A stretch of 64,000 nucleotides of DNA from NCBI GenBank assembly GCA_965215335.1, contig CBDCDA010000001.1, positions 1,536,001-1,600,000 on the forward strand, in the 5' to 3' direction. Positions within the stretch are counted from its first letter, which is position 1; each line of letters begins with the position of its first letter. The stretch is from an uncultured Candidatus Entotheonella sp. GTDB taxonomy: Bacteria > Tectomicrobia > Entotheonellia > Entotheonellales > Entotheonellaceae. This document shows positions 9,181 through 18,523 of the stretch, one piece after another. The notes under the pieces are model-generated. The model searched no databases and had not been told where the DNA came from. It worked only from the letters and a program-made list of their open reading frames with translations. Both the position numbers and the translations under genes were made by a program.

Positions 9181-10587
9181 ATGGCTGACGACAGACTCGC
9201 ACTCCTGGCGCACCTGCTGCGGCGCGCCGGATTCGGCGCCACGCGCGCCGAGTTGGAGGCGTATGACGGCATGAACTATGCCGACGTGGTGGAAGCGCTG
9301 CTGCACCCGGAGCAGGTCCCCGACGTTGAGGAAGACGTCGTGTGCCGCTACTACTCCATGGCCAGCATCATGGACGACTCCCCCGTGCTCTGGCAGGGGC
9401 GCTGGCTCTATCGCATGATCAACACGAAACGCCCGCTACAGGAAAAAATGGCCCTCTTCTGGCACGGCGTCTTCGCCACCGGCTGGCACAAGAGCGAACA
9501 CACCCCCAGCGTCGCATTGCAGATCGACACCTTCCGCCACAACTGCCTCTCCGACATGGAAACCGTCCTGCTCGACCTGTCTCGCGATCCCGCCATGCTG
9601 GATTGGCTGGACAACACCCAGAATCACAAGGATACCCCGAACGAGAACTACGGGCGCGAAATCCTCGAGCTGTTTTCCATGGGCGTCGGCAACTACACCG
9701 AACAGGACATCAAGAACGCGGCGCGGGCCTTCACCGGCTGGACCGCCACGCAACCCATCCCGCTGTATCCGAACGGCTGCAACCCCGCGTCGTTCGCCTT
9801 CCGCGAGGACGACCACGACGATGGCGTCAAGACCTTCCTGGGTGAAACCGGGAACTTCAACGGCGACGACATCGTGCGCATCATCGTCAAGCAGCCCGCC
9901 ACGGCGCGCTTCATCTCCCGCCATCTGTACAACTTCTTCGTCGCCGACGAGCCGCAGGTACCGGCGTGGAACAACGTGCCGCCCCAGGATCCGCCGTGCA
10001 TCGAGGCGCTGGAGCAGGCGTACTTCGATTCCGGTGGCAACCTGCGCGCCATGCTGCGCGTGCTGTTCAACTCGGAGGCGTTCAAGGCGGCGCGATTCCG
10101 CAAGGTGAAGAGCCCCGTGGAGCTGGTGGTCAGCGCCGTAAAGCTCGCCGGTTCGCACAGCTTCCCCGAACCCGGTCTGTTGAACCTGGCGGTGGCGACC
10201 TCGGCCATGGGGCAGGCGCTGATGAATCCGCCGACCGTGGAAGGCTGGCACACCGGCAAGGAATGGATCGACGGCGGCACCCTGAACGAGCGGGTCAATT
10301 TCGCCGTGAACGAATTGACCGACGGCGACCGGCCGGGTGTGCAGCGGGTCGTCGAATGCCTCGGCGCCATGGGCGACACCTTGTCGCCCATGGCGTGCGT
10401 GGATGGCTGCCTGGACCTGGTCGGGCCGCTGAGCGTGGCCGTGCCGACCCGTCAGGCGCTGATCAACGCAATGGCGGTCGGCGGTGACGTGGCCCTGGAT
10501 ACCGACGACGCGCGTCAGGCGAACGCCGGGCGGATTGCCCGACTGTTGCAGCTCATCGTGGCGACGCGCGAATTCCAGTTTGCATAG
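9181..10587 (+). CDS. DUF1800 family protein
   Basis: 'HLLRRAGFG', 'LQEKMALFWHGVFAT', 'DPAMLDWLDN', 'NENYGREILELFSMG', 'PPTVEGW'; AAGGAG RBS. Confidence 0.9.
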   Translation: MADDRLALLAHLLRRAGFGATRAELEAYDGMNYADVVEALLHPEQVPDVEEDVVCRYYSMASIMDDSPVLWQGRWLYRMINTKRPLQEKMALFWHGVFATGWHKSEHTPSVALQIDTFRHNCLSDMETVLLDLSRDPAMLDWLDNTQNHKDTPNENYGREILELFSMGVGNYTEQDIKNAARAFTGWTATQPIPLYPNGCNPASFAFREDDHDDGVKTFLGETGNFNGDDIVRIIVKQPATARFISRHLYNFFVADEPQVPAWNNVPPQDPPCIEALEQAYFDSGGNLRAMLRVLFNSEAFKAARFRKVKSPVELVVSAVKLAGSHSFPEPGLLNLAVATSAMGQALMNPPTVEGWHTGKEWIDGGTLNERVNFAVNELTDGDRPGVQRVVECLGAMGDTLSPMACVDGCLDLVGPLSVAVPTRQALINAMAVGGDVALDTDDARQANAGRIARLLQLIVATREFQFA

Positions 10588-10618
10588 CGACTCTAGCGAC
10601 TCTAAGGAGAGCCAAAGT

Positions 10619-11761
10619 ATGGCAGGAAACGGTAAAGTACCCGTGTTGGTGGTCGTGCAGTTGTCGGGTGGCAATGACTTCATGAACACCATCATTCCCT
10701 GCACCAACGGCACCTACTACGACGCCCGACCGACGCTCGGCGTGCCGCAGGAGCAGGTTCTGCCGTTGAACGACGCCCTCGGCTTTCACCCCAACGCCGA
10801 GGCGCTGAAGGACCTGTACGACGAGGGCGTGGTGGCCGTCGTGCAGGGCATCGGCTACCCGGATTCCAACCGTTCGCACTTCCGCGGCATGGACATCTGG
10901 CACACCTGCGAGCCGGACCGCCTGGTGCTCGAAGGCTGGCTTGGCAAGGTGCTGCGGGAGCTCGACCCGGACAAGGAAAACGTCCTGACCGGCGTCAGCT
11001 TCGGACGCGGCCTGCCGCGCGCCATGACGGCCGCCGGGGTGCCGGTGACGTCGGTTGCCGACCTCGACACCTACGGCCTCATGGGCGGCATCGGCGAAGC
11101 GGCGGAGCGCCAGGCAGCGCTGCAGAGCTTCAAGACCATGTACGCTCCCAACACGGACGGCGGCGCGGTGATGGATTACCTGGCGCAGACTGGCCTCGAC
11201 GTGCTGACCGGCGCCGACATCATCAAGCAGGCGCCGGCGATGTACAAGTCCACCGTGCAGTACGCCAACAACCCGATCGCCAAGAGCCTGCGCGATGTTG
11301 CCCGTGTGCACACCGCCGGCCTGGGCACGCGCATTTTCTACACCCAGCATGGCGGCTACGACACCCACGCCACGCAGGCGGCGGTGCACCCGCGGCTGCT
11401 GAGCGAGCTCACCGGTGCGCTGCGCGATTTCATGCAGGACCTGCGCGAGCACGACGCCTCGGACGAGGTGGCGATTCTGGTGTTTACCGAGTTCGGCCGG
11501 CGCATCAAGGACAACGCCAGCGGCACCGATCACGGCTCCGGCGGCGGCGCCTTCATCATCGGCGACCGGGTGGCGGGTGGCCTGTACGCCGAATACCCGC
11601 CGCTGGAACCGGCGCAGTGGCTGTACGGTGAAGACATGCGCCACACCATCGACTTCCGCGGCATCTACGCCACCATGCTGGAGCAGTGGATGGGCATGGA
11701 CGCAGCCGAATTCGTCGGCGGCACCTTCGAGCAGTTGAAACCGTTCAAAGGCGGTGATTAG
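10619..11761 (+). CDS. DUF1501 family protein (no Tat signal)
   Basis: 'LVVVQLSGGND', 'NRSHF', 'GGYDTH', 'TEFGR', 'GTDHG', 'DFRGIYAT'; AAGGAG RBS. Confidence 0.9.
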   Translation: MAGNGKVPVLVVVQLSGGNDFMNTIIPCTNGTYYDARPTLGVPQEQVLPLNDALGFHPNAEALKDLYDEGVVAVVQGIGYPDSNRSHFRGMDIWHTCEPDRLVLEGWLGKVLRELDPDKENVLTGVSFGRGLPRAMTAAGVPVTSVADLDTYGLMGGIGEAAERQAALQSFKTMYAPNTDGGAVMDYLAQTGLDVLTGADIIKQAPAMYKSTVQYANNPIAKSLRDVARVHTAGLGTRIFYTQHGGYDTHATQAAVHPRLLSELTGALRDFMQDLREHDASDEVAILVFTEFGRRIKDNASGTDHGSGGGAFIIGDRVAGGLYAEYPPLEPAQWLYGEDMRHTIDFRGIYATMLEQWMGMDAAEFVGGTFEQLKPFKGGD

Positions 11762-11848
11762 TGAGTGGTGTCCAGTGACTGGTGTTTTCGTGACCGCTCA
11801 GGTGGCGACTGTTTGCCGGTCCCTGATCACAGGTCGCTGGCCACTGAC
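11753..11848. repeat. Degenerate heptamer tandem arrays in inverted orientation
   Basis: GGTGATT AGTGAGT GGTGTCC AGTGACT GGTGTTT (11753-11787) and CCCTGAT CACAGGT CGCTGGC CACTGAC (11821-11848). Confidence 0.55.
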
Positions 11849-11862
11849 AAAAGGAGTCGAGA

Positions 11863-12876
11863 ATGCCGAGAGCATACGCATTACTTCGTGCCGGGTTCCC
11901 TTACGTCAAGAGCCTCGGCATGCGTCGCGTCACCTCGAACCCGGTCGATCTGGCGATCGGCCGTGAAGGACGACTGTACGTCCTGTGCCGCGGCTCGCTG
12001 ACCGTCGATATCCGCCGTCTCACCTGGGACGACGAGGATCTCGACGTCATCAGCGGTCCGGGCGACGCCGATGGCAAGCTGCTGTGGCCGGCGAACATCC
12101 TGCTGGATGGCGATGACATGCTGTACGTCTCCGACGAGGGACGCCACTGCATCTCGATGTTCAGCACCGCCGGCGACTACCTGGGCAAGTGGGGCGAGCC
12201 CGGCGCTGGCGCCGGGCAGTTCAACCGCCCGTCGGGCATGGCCTTCGACCCCGAGGGCAATCTGTACGTGGTCGATACGCTGAACCACCGCATCCAGCAG
12301 TACAGTAAAGACGGCGGCTTCCGCAAGCAATGGGGCAGCTTCGGCAGCGGCACGGGCGAGTTCAACATGCCGTGGGGCATCACGGTGGATGACGAGGGTT
12401 CGGTGTACGTCGTCGACTGGCGCAACGATCGCGTGCAGAAGTTCGACACCGACGGCGGCTTTATCGCCATGTTCGGCTCACCGGGCAGCGACGACGGGCA
12501 GTTCAACCGGCCTACTGGCATTGCCGTTGATGGGCACGGCGACATCTACGTGGCCGATTGGGGCAACAACCGCGTGCAATTGTTCGACGCGAACGGCAGG
12601 TACGTCGAGAAGTTCCACGGCGACGCGACGCTGTCGAAGATGGGCCGGGCCTACGTCCTGGCCAACCCCAAGCCCCTGCGTCAGCGCGAGATGGCCGACC
12701 TCGAGCCGCAGAAGCGCTTCCGCGGCCCCGCCTCCGTGCGGCTCGATGGCGAGGGGCGCATGTACGTCGCGGATTGTGGTCCGCACCGCATCCAGGTGTA
12801 CCAGAAGGACGCCGTGGAGTTGACCCCGGATCAGATCATTCCTCCCCAGAACGCCCCGTCGTTCTCCGTTGCCTGA
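11863..12876 (+). CDS. NHL-repeat beta-propeller protein
   Basis: Repeated 'G(Q/E)FNxPxG(I/M)xxDxxGxxYVxDxxNxR(I/V)Q' units. Confidence 0.92.
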   Translation: MPRAYALLRAGFPYVKSLGMRRVTSNPVDLAIGREGRLYVLCRGSLTVDIRRLTWDDEDLDVISGPGDADGKLLWPANILLDGDDMLYVSDEGRHCISMFSTAGDYLGKWGEPGAGAGQFNRPSGMAFDPEGNLYVVDTLNHRIQQYSKDGGFRKQWGSFGSGTGEFNMPWGITVDDEGSVYVVDWRNDRVQKFDTDGGFIAMFGSPGSDDGQFNRPTGIAVDGHGDIYVADWGNNRVQLFDANGRYVEKFHGDATLSKMGRAYVLANPKPLRQREMADLEPQKRFRGPASVRLDGEGRMYVADCGPHRIQVYQKDAVELTPDQIIPPQNAPSFSVA

Positions 12877-12893
12877 GGCCAGCGGGTGGGTGC

Positions 12894-13940
12894 TCAAGCC
12901 CGTCCTGCGCTGCTTTCACCGACCCGCCACGCCGCCACCAGCGCCACAAACGCAGCGAAAAACAGGAATTCTCGCAGCGGAAACAGATAGGTGTACGGCC
13001 GCTGGCTGCGTACGCCCTGCTCCTGAATGATGCCCTGCAGCGCCGCCGCCAGCTCGCCGCGCTCGGCGAAGGTGTGATAGGCGCCGCCGGTCTTGTCGGC
13101 GATGAAGCGCAGGGTTTCCGTGTTGAGGGCGGTGGTGACGGGCTGTTGGTGGTCGTCGAGCAGATAGCCGACCGGTGATTGGTCGTCCGGGATGTAAGCC
13201 GGGATGGCGGCGCCGATGCCGATGGTGAAGACGGGAACCGGGCTTTCGTTGCGCTCGTTGATCGCCTTGCGCAGGTCGTCGCTGATCGGCTCGTCGCCGT
13301 CGCTGATGAGGATGATCGAGGTGACCGGCGGCCGCGCGCCGCCGTTGTCGGCGTGCAGTTGCATGAAGGCGTCGGCGAGATTGAAGCCTTCCTGGAGGGC
13401 CAGGGCGATGTCGGTGCCTTGTTTGTAGAAGAAATCGCGCTGCAGGCGCCGCACCTTGGCGACCAGCTCGCCGTGGTCGTCGCTGAAGCCGCTGGTGATC
13501 GGGATGGCGTATTCGGAGAACGGCACGAAGCTGACTTTGACCCCCGGCGGCAGGTTGGACAGGAAACCGAGGATGTTCTGGCGGGTTTCGACGAAGCGGC
13601 TGGGGGCGCTCATCTCGTCGGGATCGCGCGGTGCCTCCATGCTGCGGGAGAAATCCATCATGACCACCAGGGCCACGTTCTCCCAGAAGGGCTCCCACGC
13701 CGTGCGCTGCAGCATGGGCGAGGCGAACCCGACCACGCTGAGGGTGAAGCCGAGCAGGAACAGCGCGGCGCTGAGGTAGTGGCGGGCGACGGCGGGCGGC
13801 ATGCTCTGCGCCCGCGTGTAGGGCAATTGGCTCCAGGCCTCGCGGAAAGCCGTCTTCTGCCGCCACAGTGTCCCGAACAGATACGCCAGCCCAGGCACCA
13901 CCAGCAAGCCGGTCAGAACCCACGGATAGTCCCACTGCAT
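12894..13940 (-). CDS. Membrane-anchored von Willebrand factor A domain protein (BatA/BatB/MxaL-like)
   Basis: N-terminal 'WDYPWVLTGLLVVP' TM, second TM, MIDAS 'DFSRSM'...'GTD'...'LISDG', 'LRFIADKTGGAY', C-terminal TM. Confidence 0.85.
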   Translation of the reverse strand: MQWDYPWVLTGLLVVPGLAYLFGTLWRQKTAFREAWSQLPYTRAQSMPPAVARHYLSAALFLLGFTLSVVGFASPMLQRTAWEPFWENVALVVMMDFSRSMEAPRDPDEMSAPSRFVETRQNILGFLSNLPPGVKVSFVPFSEYAIPITSGFSDDHGELVAKVRRLQRDFFYKQGTDIALALQEGFNLADAFMQLHADNGGARPPVTSIILISDGDEPISDDLRKAINERNESPVPVFTIGIGAAIPAYIPDDQSPVGYLLDDHQQPVTTALNTETLRFIADKTGGAYHTFAERGELAAALQGIIQEQGVRSQRPYTYLFPLREFLFFAAFVALVAAWRVGESSAGRA

Positions 13941-13941
13941 G

Positions 13942-14901
13942 TCAGTGCGTGCCACCCTCGCCACCGGAATCGGCGCTACCCTTGCCGCTGCGGTCGCGCT
14001 CGTTTTCGCGCCGGGCCGAGTTGGGGCTCTGGTTGAGGAGGAATTCGCGCATGCTGCTTTCCGAACGGGACAGCGCCTGCGAGTCGGTCGCACGCAGGAT
14101 TTCGCCGAGCGGCGCCACGTCCGGCTCGAACTCGGTGTCGCGGAAGAACTGCGCCAAGCGGCGGCGCTCGTCCGCCTCCACGTCCGGGCGTCGTTCAAAG
14201 CGGGTCAACGCCTCTAGCAGCAGCACGAGGCTGCGCTCCTCCGCAGACGAGACGCGCACCGCGTCGGTGTACAGGGCGTCGAGGGCTTCTTGAAGCAGCT
14301 TGATGGCGCGCATCAGGCCCTGTTTCAAGCCCGCCTGATCGCGCTGCTCTTCGCCCAGAAAGCCCCGTACCAGAAAGAGTTGTGTCATGGCCCGGGCGCC
14401 GTTGGCGCGGGCGCTGAACTGCCGATGCGGGTCCTCGGCGAGCGCCTGCGCGTCCTTGTATTGTGCCACCGCGGCGCTGAATTGCTCCTTCACGGCGTCC
14501 AGGCTCGGCGCTGCAGCCGCAGCGCCGCCGTTACGCGCGTCTCCCGAATCAGCCGCCAAGCGCGCCCGGGCATATAGGCCCAGCAGGCGCTCGCCTTCAC
14601 GGTATGCCATCTCGGCGAGGCGTAACCGGATGTCGGTGCGCTGGCTGAAGCCCAGGCACGACAACGCATTCAGCAGCGGCCCCTGCGGAATACCCCAGAA
14701 CGTCTCCCCATACTGCGTCTCGGCAACCCGCAAGGCGGACACCGCCGCGGCGGTGTCGCCCGCTGCGGCCAGGGCCGCGGCTCGTTCCAGGCTGTCGCCG
14801 TGCCGCGCCGCCACGGTTCCTGCCAGGCACAGCAGAGCACCCAGCACCATGATTCCCAGGCCGCCCAGCAGCCATGCAACTTTATGTTTCATATCGGACA
14901 T
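13942..14901 (-). CDS. Hypothetical membrane-anchored alpha-helical (TPR-like) protein
   Basis: 'MSDMKHKVAWLLGGLGIMVLGALLCLAG' anchor then Ala/Leu-rich helices; ends 1 nt before the vWA start. Confidence 0.7.
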   Translation of the reverse strand: MSDMKHKVAWLLGGLGIMVLGALLCLAGTVAARHGDSLERAAALAAAGDTAAAVSALRVAETQYGETFWGIPQGPLLNALSCLGFSQRTDIRLRLAEMAYREGERLLGLYARARLAADSGDARNGGAAAAAPSLDAVKEQFSAAVAQYKDAQALAEDPHRQFSARANGARAMTQLFLVRGFLGEEQRDQAGLKQGLMRAIKLLQEALDALYTDAVRVSSAEERSLVLLLEALTRFERRPDVEADERRRLAQFFRDTEFEPDVAPLGEILRATDSQALSRSESSMREFLLNQSPNSARRENERDRSGKGSADSGGEGGTH

Positions 14902-14957
14902 GAATAAAGGTCCTTCCAGGAGTCGGGGCTCGTTGGGCCAGGCTTGTTGGCCACAGT

Positions 14958-15911
14958 CTAATCCGTCACCTCCAGCCGCTCGTTCGCGGTCTGCTCTTCG
15001 GGGACAGGAGGCCAGATGAGGGAGGCGAGGACGGAGAGAAACAGGAGGGCGGCGACCACGGTGAGCGCCCAGTGGACGGGGATTTTGTAGAAGTCGGCGA
15101 TGACCATCTTGATGCCGATGAAGACGAGGACGAAGGAGAGACCATATTTGAGGTAATGAAAAAAGCCCATGACGCCGGCAAGGGCGAAATAAAGGGCGCG
15201 CAGGCCGAGGATGGCGAAGATGTTGGAGGTGTACACGATGAACGGGTCGGTGGTGACGGCGAAAATGGCCGGGATGGAGTCGAGGGCAAAGACCACGTCG
15301 GTGGCTTCCACGACCAGCACCACGACGAACAGCGGCGTGGCGAGGAGGCGTCCGTCGAGCCGCACGAAGAACTTCGATTCGTGGTAGGACGTGGTAACCG
15401 GGAAGAAGCGGGTGAACAATCGCACCAGCGGGTTCTTGTCCGGGTGAATTTCCTCGTCGCCCTGCATCGCCATACGCACCCCGGTGATGACCAGAAAGCC
15501 GCCGAAGACATAAAGAATCCAATGGAAGTGATGGATCAGCGTGACGCCCACGGCGATCATGGTGGCGCGCATGATCAGGGCGCCCAGGATGCCCCAGAAC
15601 AACACCTTGTGCTGGTAGGGGCGGGGCACACCGAAATACGAGAAGATGAGCAGGAAGACGAACAGGTTGTCGACGCTGAGGGACTTTTCGAGCAGATAGC
15701 CGGTGAAAAACATCAGCGCCGGCTCCGGCCCTTCCATGACGTACAGGCCGGCATTGAACACCAGGGCCAGCGTGATCCACAGCGCGCTCCACAGCAACGC
15801 CTCGCGGACCCCGACGACGTGCTGGCGGCGATGAAACACACCCAAGTCCAGCGCCAGCATGACCAAAACGAAGATGTTGAACGCCACCCATACCGATATG
15901 TCCTGTGACAT
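14958..15911 (-). CDS. TerC/Alx family metal homeostasis membrane protein
   Basis: 'YLLEKSLSVDNLFVF', 'VLFWGILGALIMR', 'DVVFALDSIPA', 'SNIFAILGLRALYF'. Confidence 0.95.
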   Translation of the reverse strand: MSQDISVWVAFNIFVLVMLALDLGVFHRRQHVVGVREALLWSALWITLALVFNAGLYVMEGPEPALMFFTGYLLEKSLSVDNLFVFLLIFSYFGVPRPYQHKVLFWGILGALIMRATMIAVGVTLIHHFHWILYVFGGFLVITGVRMAMQGDEEIHPDKNPLVRLFTRFFPVTTSYHESKFFVRLDGRLLATPLFVVVLVVEATDVVFALDSIPAIFAVTTDPFIVYTSNIFAILGLRALYFALAGVMGFFHYLKYGLSFVLVFIGIKMVIADFYKIPVHWALTVVAALLFLSVLASLIWPPVPEEQTANERLEVTD

Positions 15912-15974
15912 CAATCGCCCTCTTGATCTGTCGAAATCCTGCCTCTGCGTTGTCATAAGTGAATCCGACGTTAC

Positions 15975-16003
15975 ACTATACGCATAGCCGGAACATTCCA
16001 CAA
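15975..16003 (-). promoter_or_regulatory. Putative sigma70 promoter of the terC operon
   Basis: Minus strand TTGTGG-17-TATAGT about 60 nt upstream of the ATG. Confidence 0.45.
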
Positions 16004-16141
16004 CCGCGAGTGGACAGGCCGCGGGGATGAGTCGAATGATGCCCCGCTGTCTGGACGCTGTGAGAATGGGTTGCTAGGATGCCGCGCGTCTCGGCCTTCT
16101 GTCACCATTGTCTTCACGTAAATGAGGGAACGAACCCGCCC

Positions 16142-17503
16142 ATGTCGAAACCCGATATGTTGCAAGCCATGATGACGTCGCTCGGCCCGTCCTGCATCCG
16201 CACGGACGAAGCGGTGCTGACCTTGCTGGCGCACGATGCCATGCACCCGTCGCGGCTGCCGGCCGGTACCGAGTCGGCGCGGCCCCTGTGTGTCGTGAGT
16301 CCCCGGAGTACGGCGGAGGTGCAGGCGGTGGTGCGGCTGGCCAATGTGCACCGGGTGCCGGTGACCCCACTGGGCGGCGGCAGCGGCTTGATGGGCGGGG
16401 CGGCGTCAGTGACGCCGGGCGTGGTGCTCGACCTGTGCCGGCTGACGGCGGTCCGTATCCGTCCTGTGGATCGCATGGCGGAGGCCGGCGCCGGGGCGAC
16501 GCTTGCGGAATTGAACGCGGCTGCCAAGCCCCACGGTCTGATGTGCGGGCACGATCCGTGGACGGTTTCCGTGGCCACGGTGGGCGGTACGATCGCCACC
16601 AACAGCCTGGGCTATCTCGGCGGCAAGTACGGCGCCATGGGCGATCAGGTCTTGGGGCTGGAAGCGATCCTGCCGACCGGCGAGATCATGACTACGCGCG
16701 CGGTAGAGAAAGCTTCCACCGGTCCGGACCTGCACCGCCTGCTCATCGGCGCCGAGGGCTGCTTCGGCGTGGTCACGCGCGCTACCCTGCGGCTGTTTCC
16801 CGTCCCTCAGACACGGCTGCTGGCGGGTTGGGCGTTTGACGATTTCGCCGCCGGGTTCGAGGCGATCAACGCATTGCTGCAAGCGGGTGTCCGGCCTGGG
16901 CTGCTCGACTACAGCGATGACGACCCGAACACCGGCCGTGATCCGCCGACGGCTTTGTACGTCAGTTACGAAGGGCCGGAGGCCGTTGCCCGCGCCGAGG
17001 CGCAGGCGGGGCGAGAGGTCTGTCTGCAAAGCGGTGGCCAGGCGCTTGATCCGTCCGAAGTGCAACACTTCTGGGATCAGCGGCACGCCAGCGGGGATGC
17101 GTACGCCAGGGCGCGCCGAGCCGGGGAGCGCCGCGGCCGGCCGGAGATCGATTACGTGCACGTGGCGCTGCCGCCGAGCGCGGTACTCGCATACCGGCGC
17201 GCGAGCTTGAAGCTGCTGGCGTCGCGGGGCTTGCGCATCCACCAGACCGGGCTGTGGGCGCACGCCGGGCTGTTTTCGCTGGTCTACTCCGGCGGCGACG
17301 TGACAGCCATGGCCAAGGCGCACGCGCGGTTGCTGGCGTTGGCGCAGGATGCGGACGGCGCGATGGAGTATTGCCATGGGGCGGGGCTGCGTTTGGCGCC
17401 GCTCATGCGCCGGGAGCACGGCAGCGGGCTGTCGGTCCTGCGGCGCCTGAAGAGGGATCTGGATCCGAACGGCATCATGAATCCGGGGAAACTGGGCTTG
17501 TAG
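16142..17503 (+). CDS. FAD-binding oxidoreductase (GlcD/alkyl-DHAP synthase superfamily)
   Basis: 'PLGGGSGLMGG', 'ATVGGTIATN', 'IGAEGCFGVVT', 'EYCHGAG', 'DPNGIMNPGK'. Confidence 0.88.
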   Translation: MSKPDMLQAMMTSLGPSCIRTDEAVLTLLAHDAMHPSRLPAGTESARPLCVVSPRSTAEVQAVVRLANVHRVPVTPLGGGSGLMGGAASVTPGVVLDLCRLTAVRIRPVDRMAEAGAGATLAELNAAAKPHGLMCGHDPWTVSVATVGGTIATNSLGYLGGKYGAMGDQVLGLEAILPTGEIMTTRAVEKASTGPDLHRLLIGAEGCFGVVTRATLRLFPVPQTRLLAGWAFDDFAAGFEAINALLQAGVRPGLLDYSDDDPNTGRDPPTALYVSYEGPEAVARAEAQAGREVCLQSGGQALDPSEVQHFWDQRHASGDAYARARRAGERRGRPEIDYVHVALPPSAVLAYRRASLKLLASRGLRIHQTGLWAHAGLFSLVYSGGDVTAMAKAHARLLALAQDADGAMEYCHGAGLRLAPLMRREHGSGLSVLRRLKRDLDPNGIMNPGKLGL

Positions 17504-17619
17504 GATCAGACCGGGTTTCCGACGTTGCTTCACGGGATGCAAGCCGCTATGCTTGACCACACCCCTCGCACTGAGCTTTCGGCTTATCATCACAACAACA
17601 CTGACGACGAGGCGCGATC

Positions 17620-18519
17620 ATGAACAGATTGGCCTTGACCCACACGCCCGCCCTCCGGGCGCCCTACCTGCTCGCCGGTTTCGGCGGCTGGGCCAACGGC
17701 GGCGAGGTGTCCACCGACGTGGTGGAGTTCCTGCAATCCAGCTTGGCAATGGAGCACCTGGGCGAGATTGTCTCCGACGGCCTCTATATTTACGCCTCGC
17801 CTACGCTGGCCAGCCGGCCAGCGACGGTCATCCGCCAGGGCCTGATCGAGTCCATGCGTTTCCCGTCCAATACGTTGTACGGCTGGCACTGCCCGCAGGA
17901 CGCTGAGCACGACTTCATCCTGTTGCAGGGCGTGGAGCCCGACCTGCACTGGCAGGAATACATGGCGGCCATCGTCGCCTGCGTGGAGCGCTTTCAGGTG
18001 CTGCGGGTGTACACCATCGGCGGCTATCTCGACCACACGCCTCATACCCGCACGCCGCGCGTTTCGGCGGTGGTCACCGACGACGCCCTGCGCTCGGAAC
18101 TCATGGCGTACGACGTGGAACTCACCGACTACGAGGGACCGACCGGCATCCAGTCCTACTTGCTGGCCACCTGCCAGGAGCGCGGCATCGAGGGCGTCAG
18201 CCTGTGGGGCGGCACGCCGACCTACATCGAGGGCAGCTATCCGCACGTCGCCCAGGCCATGCTGCACCTGCTGCGCCGCATGTGGGGCCTGTCCATCGAT
18301 CTGCAGCCGATCGAGGAGCACGCTGCCGAACTCGACGATGCCTTGCACGCACAGATGGACAACCACCCCGACCTGGCGGATTACGTCAAGCGCCTCGAAC
18401 AGGCCTACGACACCGCCCGCAGCGAGCAGCCGGAAGTAGACACGGACGTCATCGTGGACGAAATTCAGCAATTTTTGCGCCAGCGCCGCCAAGGCCCCGG
18501 TGCCGGTGGCGCCGCGTAG
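17620..18519 (+). CDS. PAC2 (proteasome assembly chaperone 2) family protein
   Basis: 'AGFGGWANGG', 'GVEPDLHW', 'PHTR', 'YEGPTGI', 'SLWGGTPTY', acidic C-terminus 'YVKRLEQAYD...IVDEIQQFLR'. Confidence 0.85.
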   Translation: MNRLALTHTPALRAPYLLAGFGGWANGGEVSTDVVEFLQSSLAMEHLGEIVSDGLYIYASPTLASRPATVIRQGLIESMRFPSNTLYGWHCPQDAEHDFILLQGVEPDLHWQEYMAAIVACVERFQVLRVYTIGGYLDHTPHTRTPRVSAVVTDDALRSELMAYDVELTDYEGPTGIQSYLLATCQERGIEGVSLWGGTPTYIEGSYPHVAQAMLHLLRRMWGLSIDLQPIEEHAAELDDALHAQMDNHPDLADYVKRLEQAYDTARSEQPEVDTDVIVDEIQQFLRQRRQGPGAGGAA

Positions 18520-18523
18520 CGAC

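Noticed and set aside
10585..10602. TAGCGACTC x2 tandem repeat
   Set aside because: Only two short copies at a stop/RBS junction; probably a local slippage duplication.
13942..15891. 649-aa ORF in the track
   Set aside because: Its 5' half is an alternative frame of terC; the real gene probably starts at 14901.
15912..16141. yybP-ykoY Mn riboswitch upstream of terC
   Set aside because: I could not find the conserved motifs, and the candidate promoter leaves only ~60 nt of leader. A hairpin at ~16013-16051 lies upstream of the promoter. An Rfam search would settle it.
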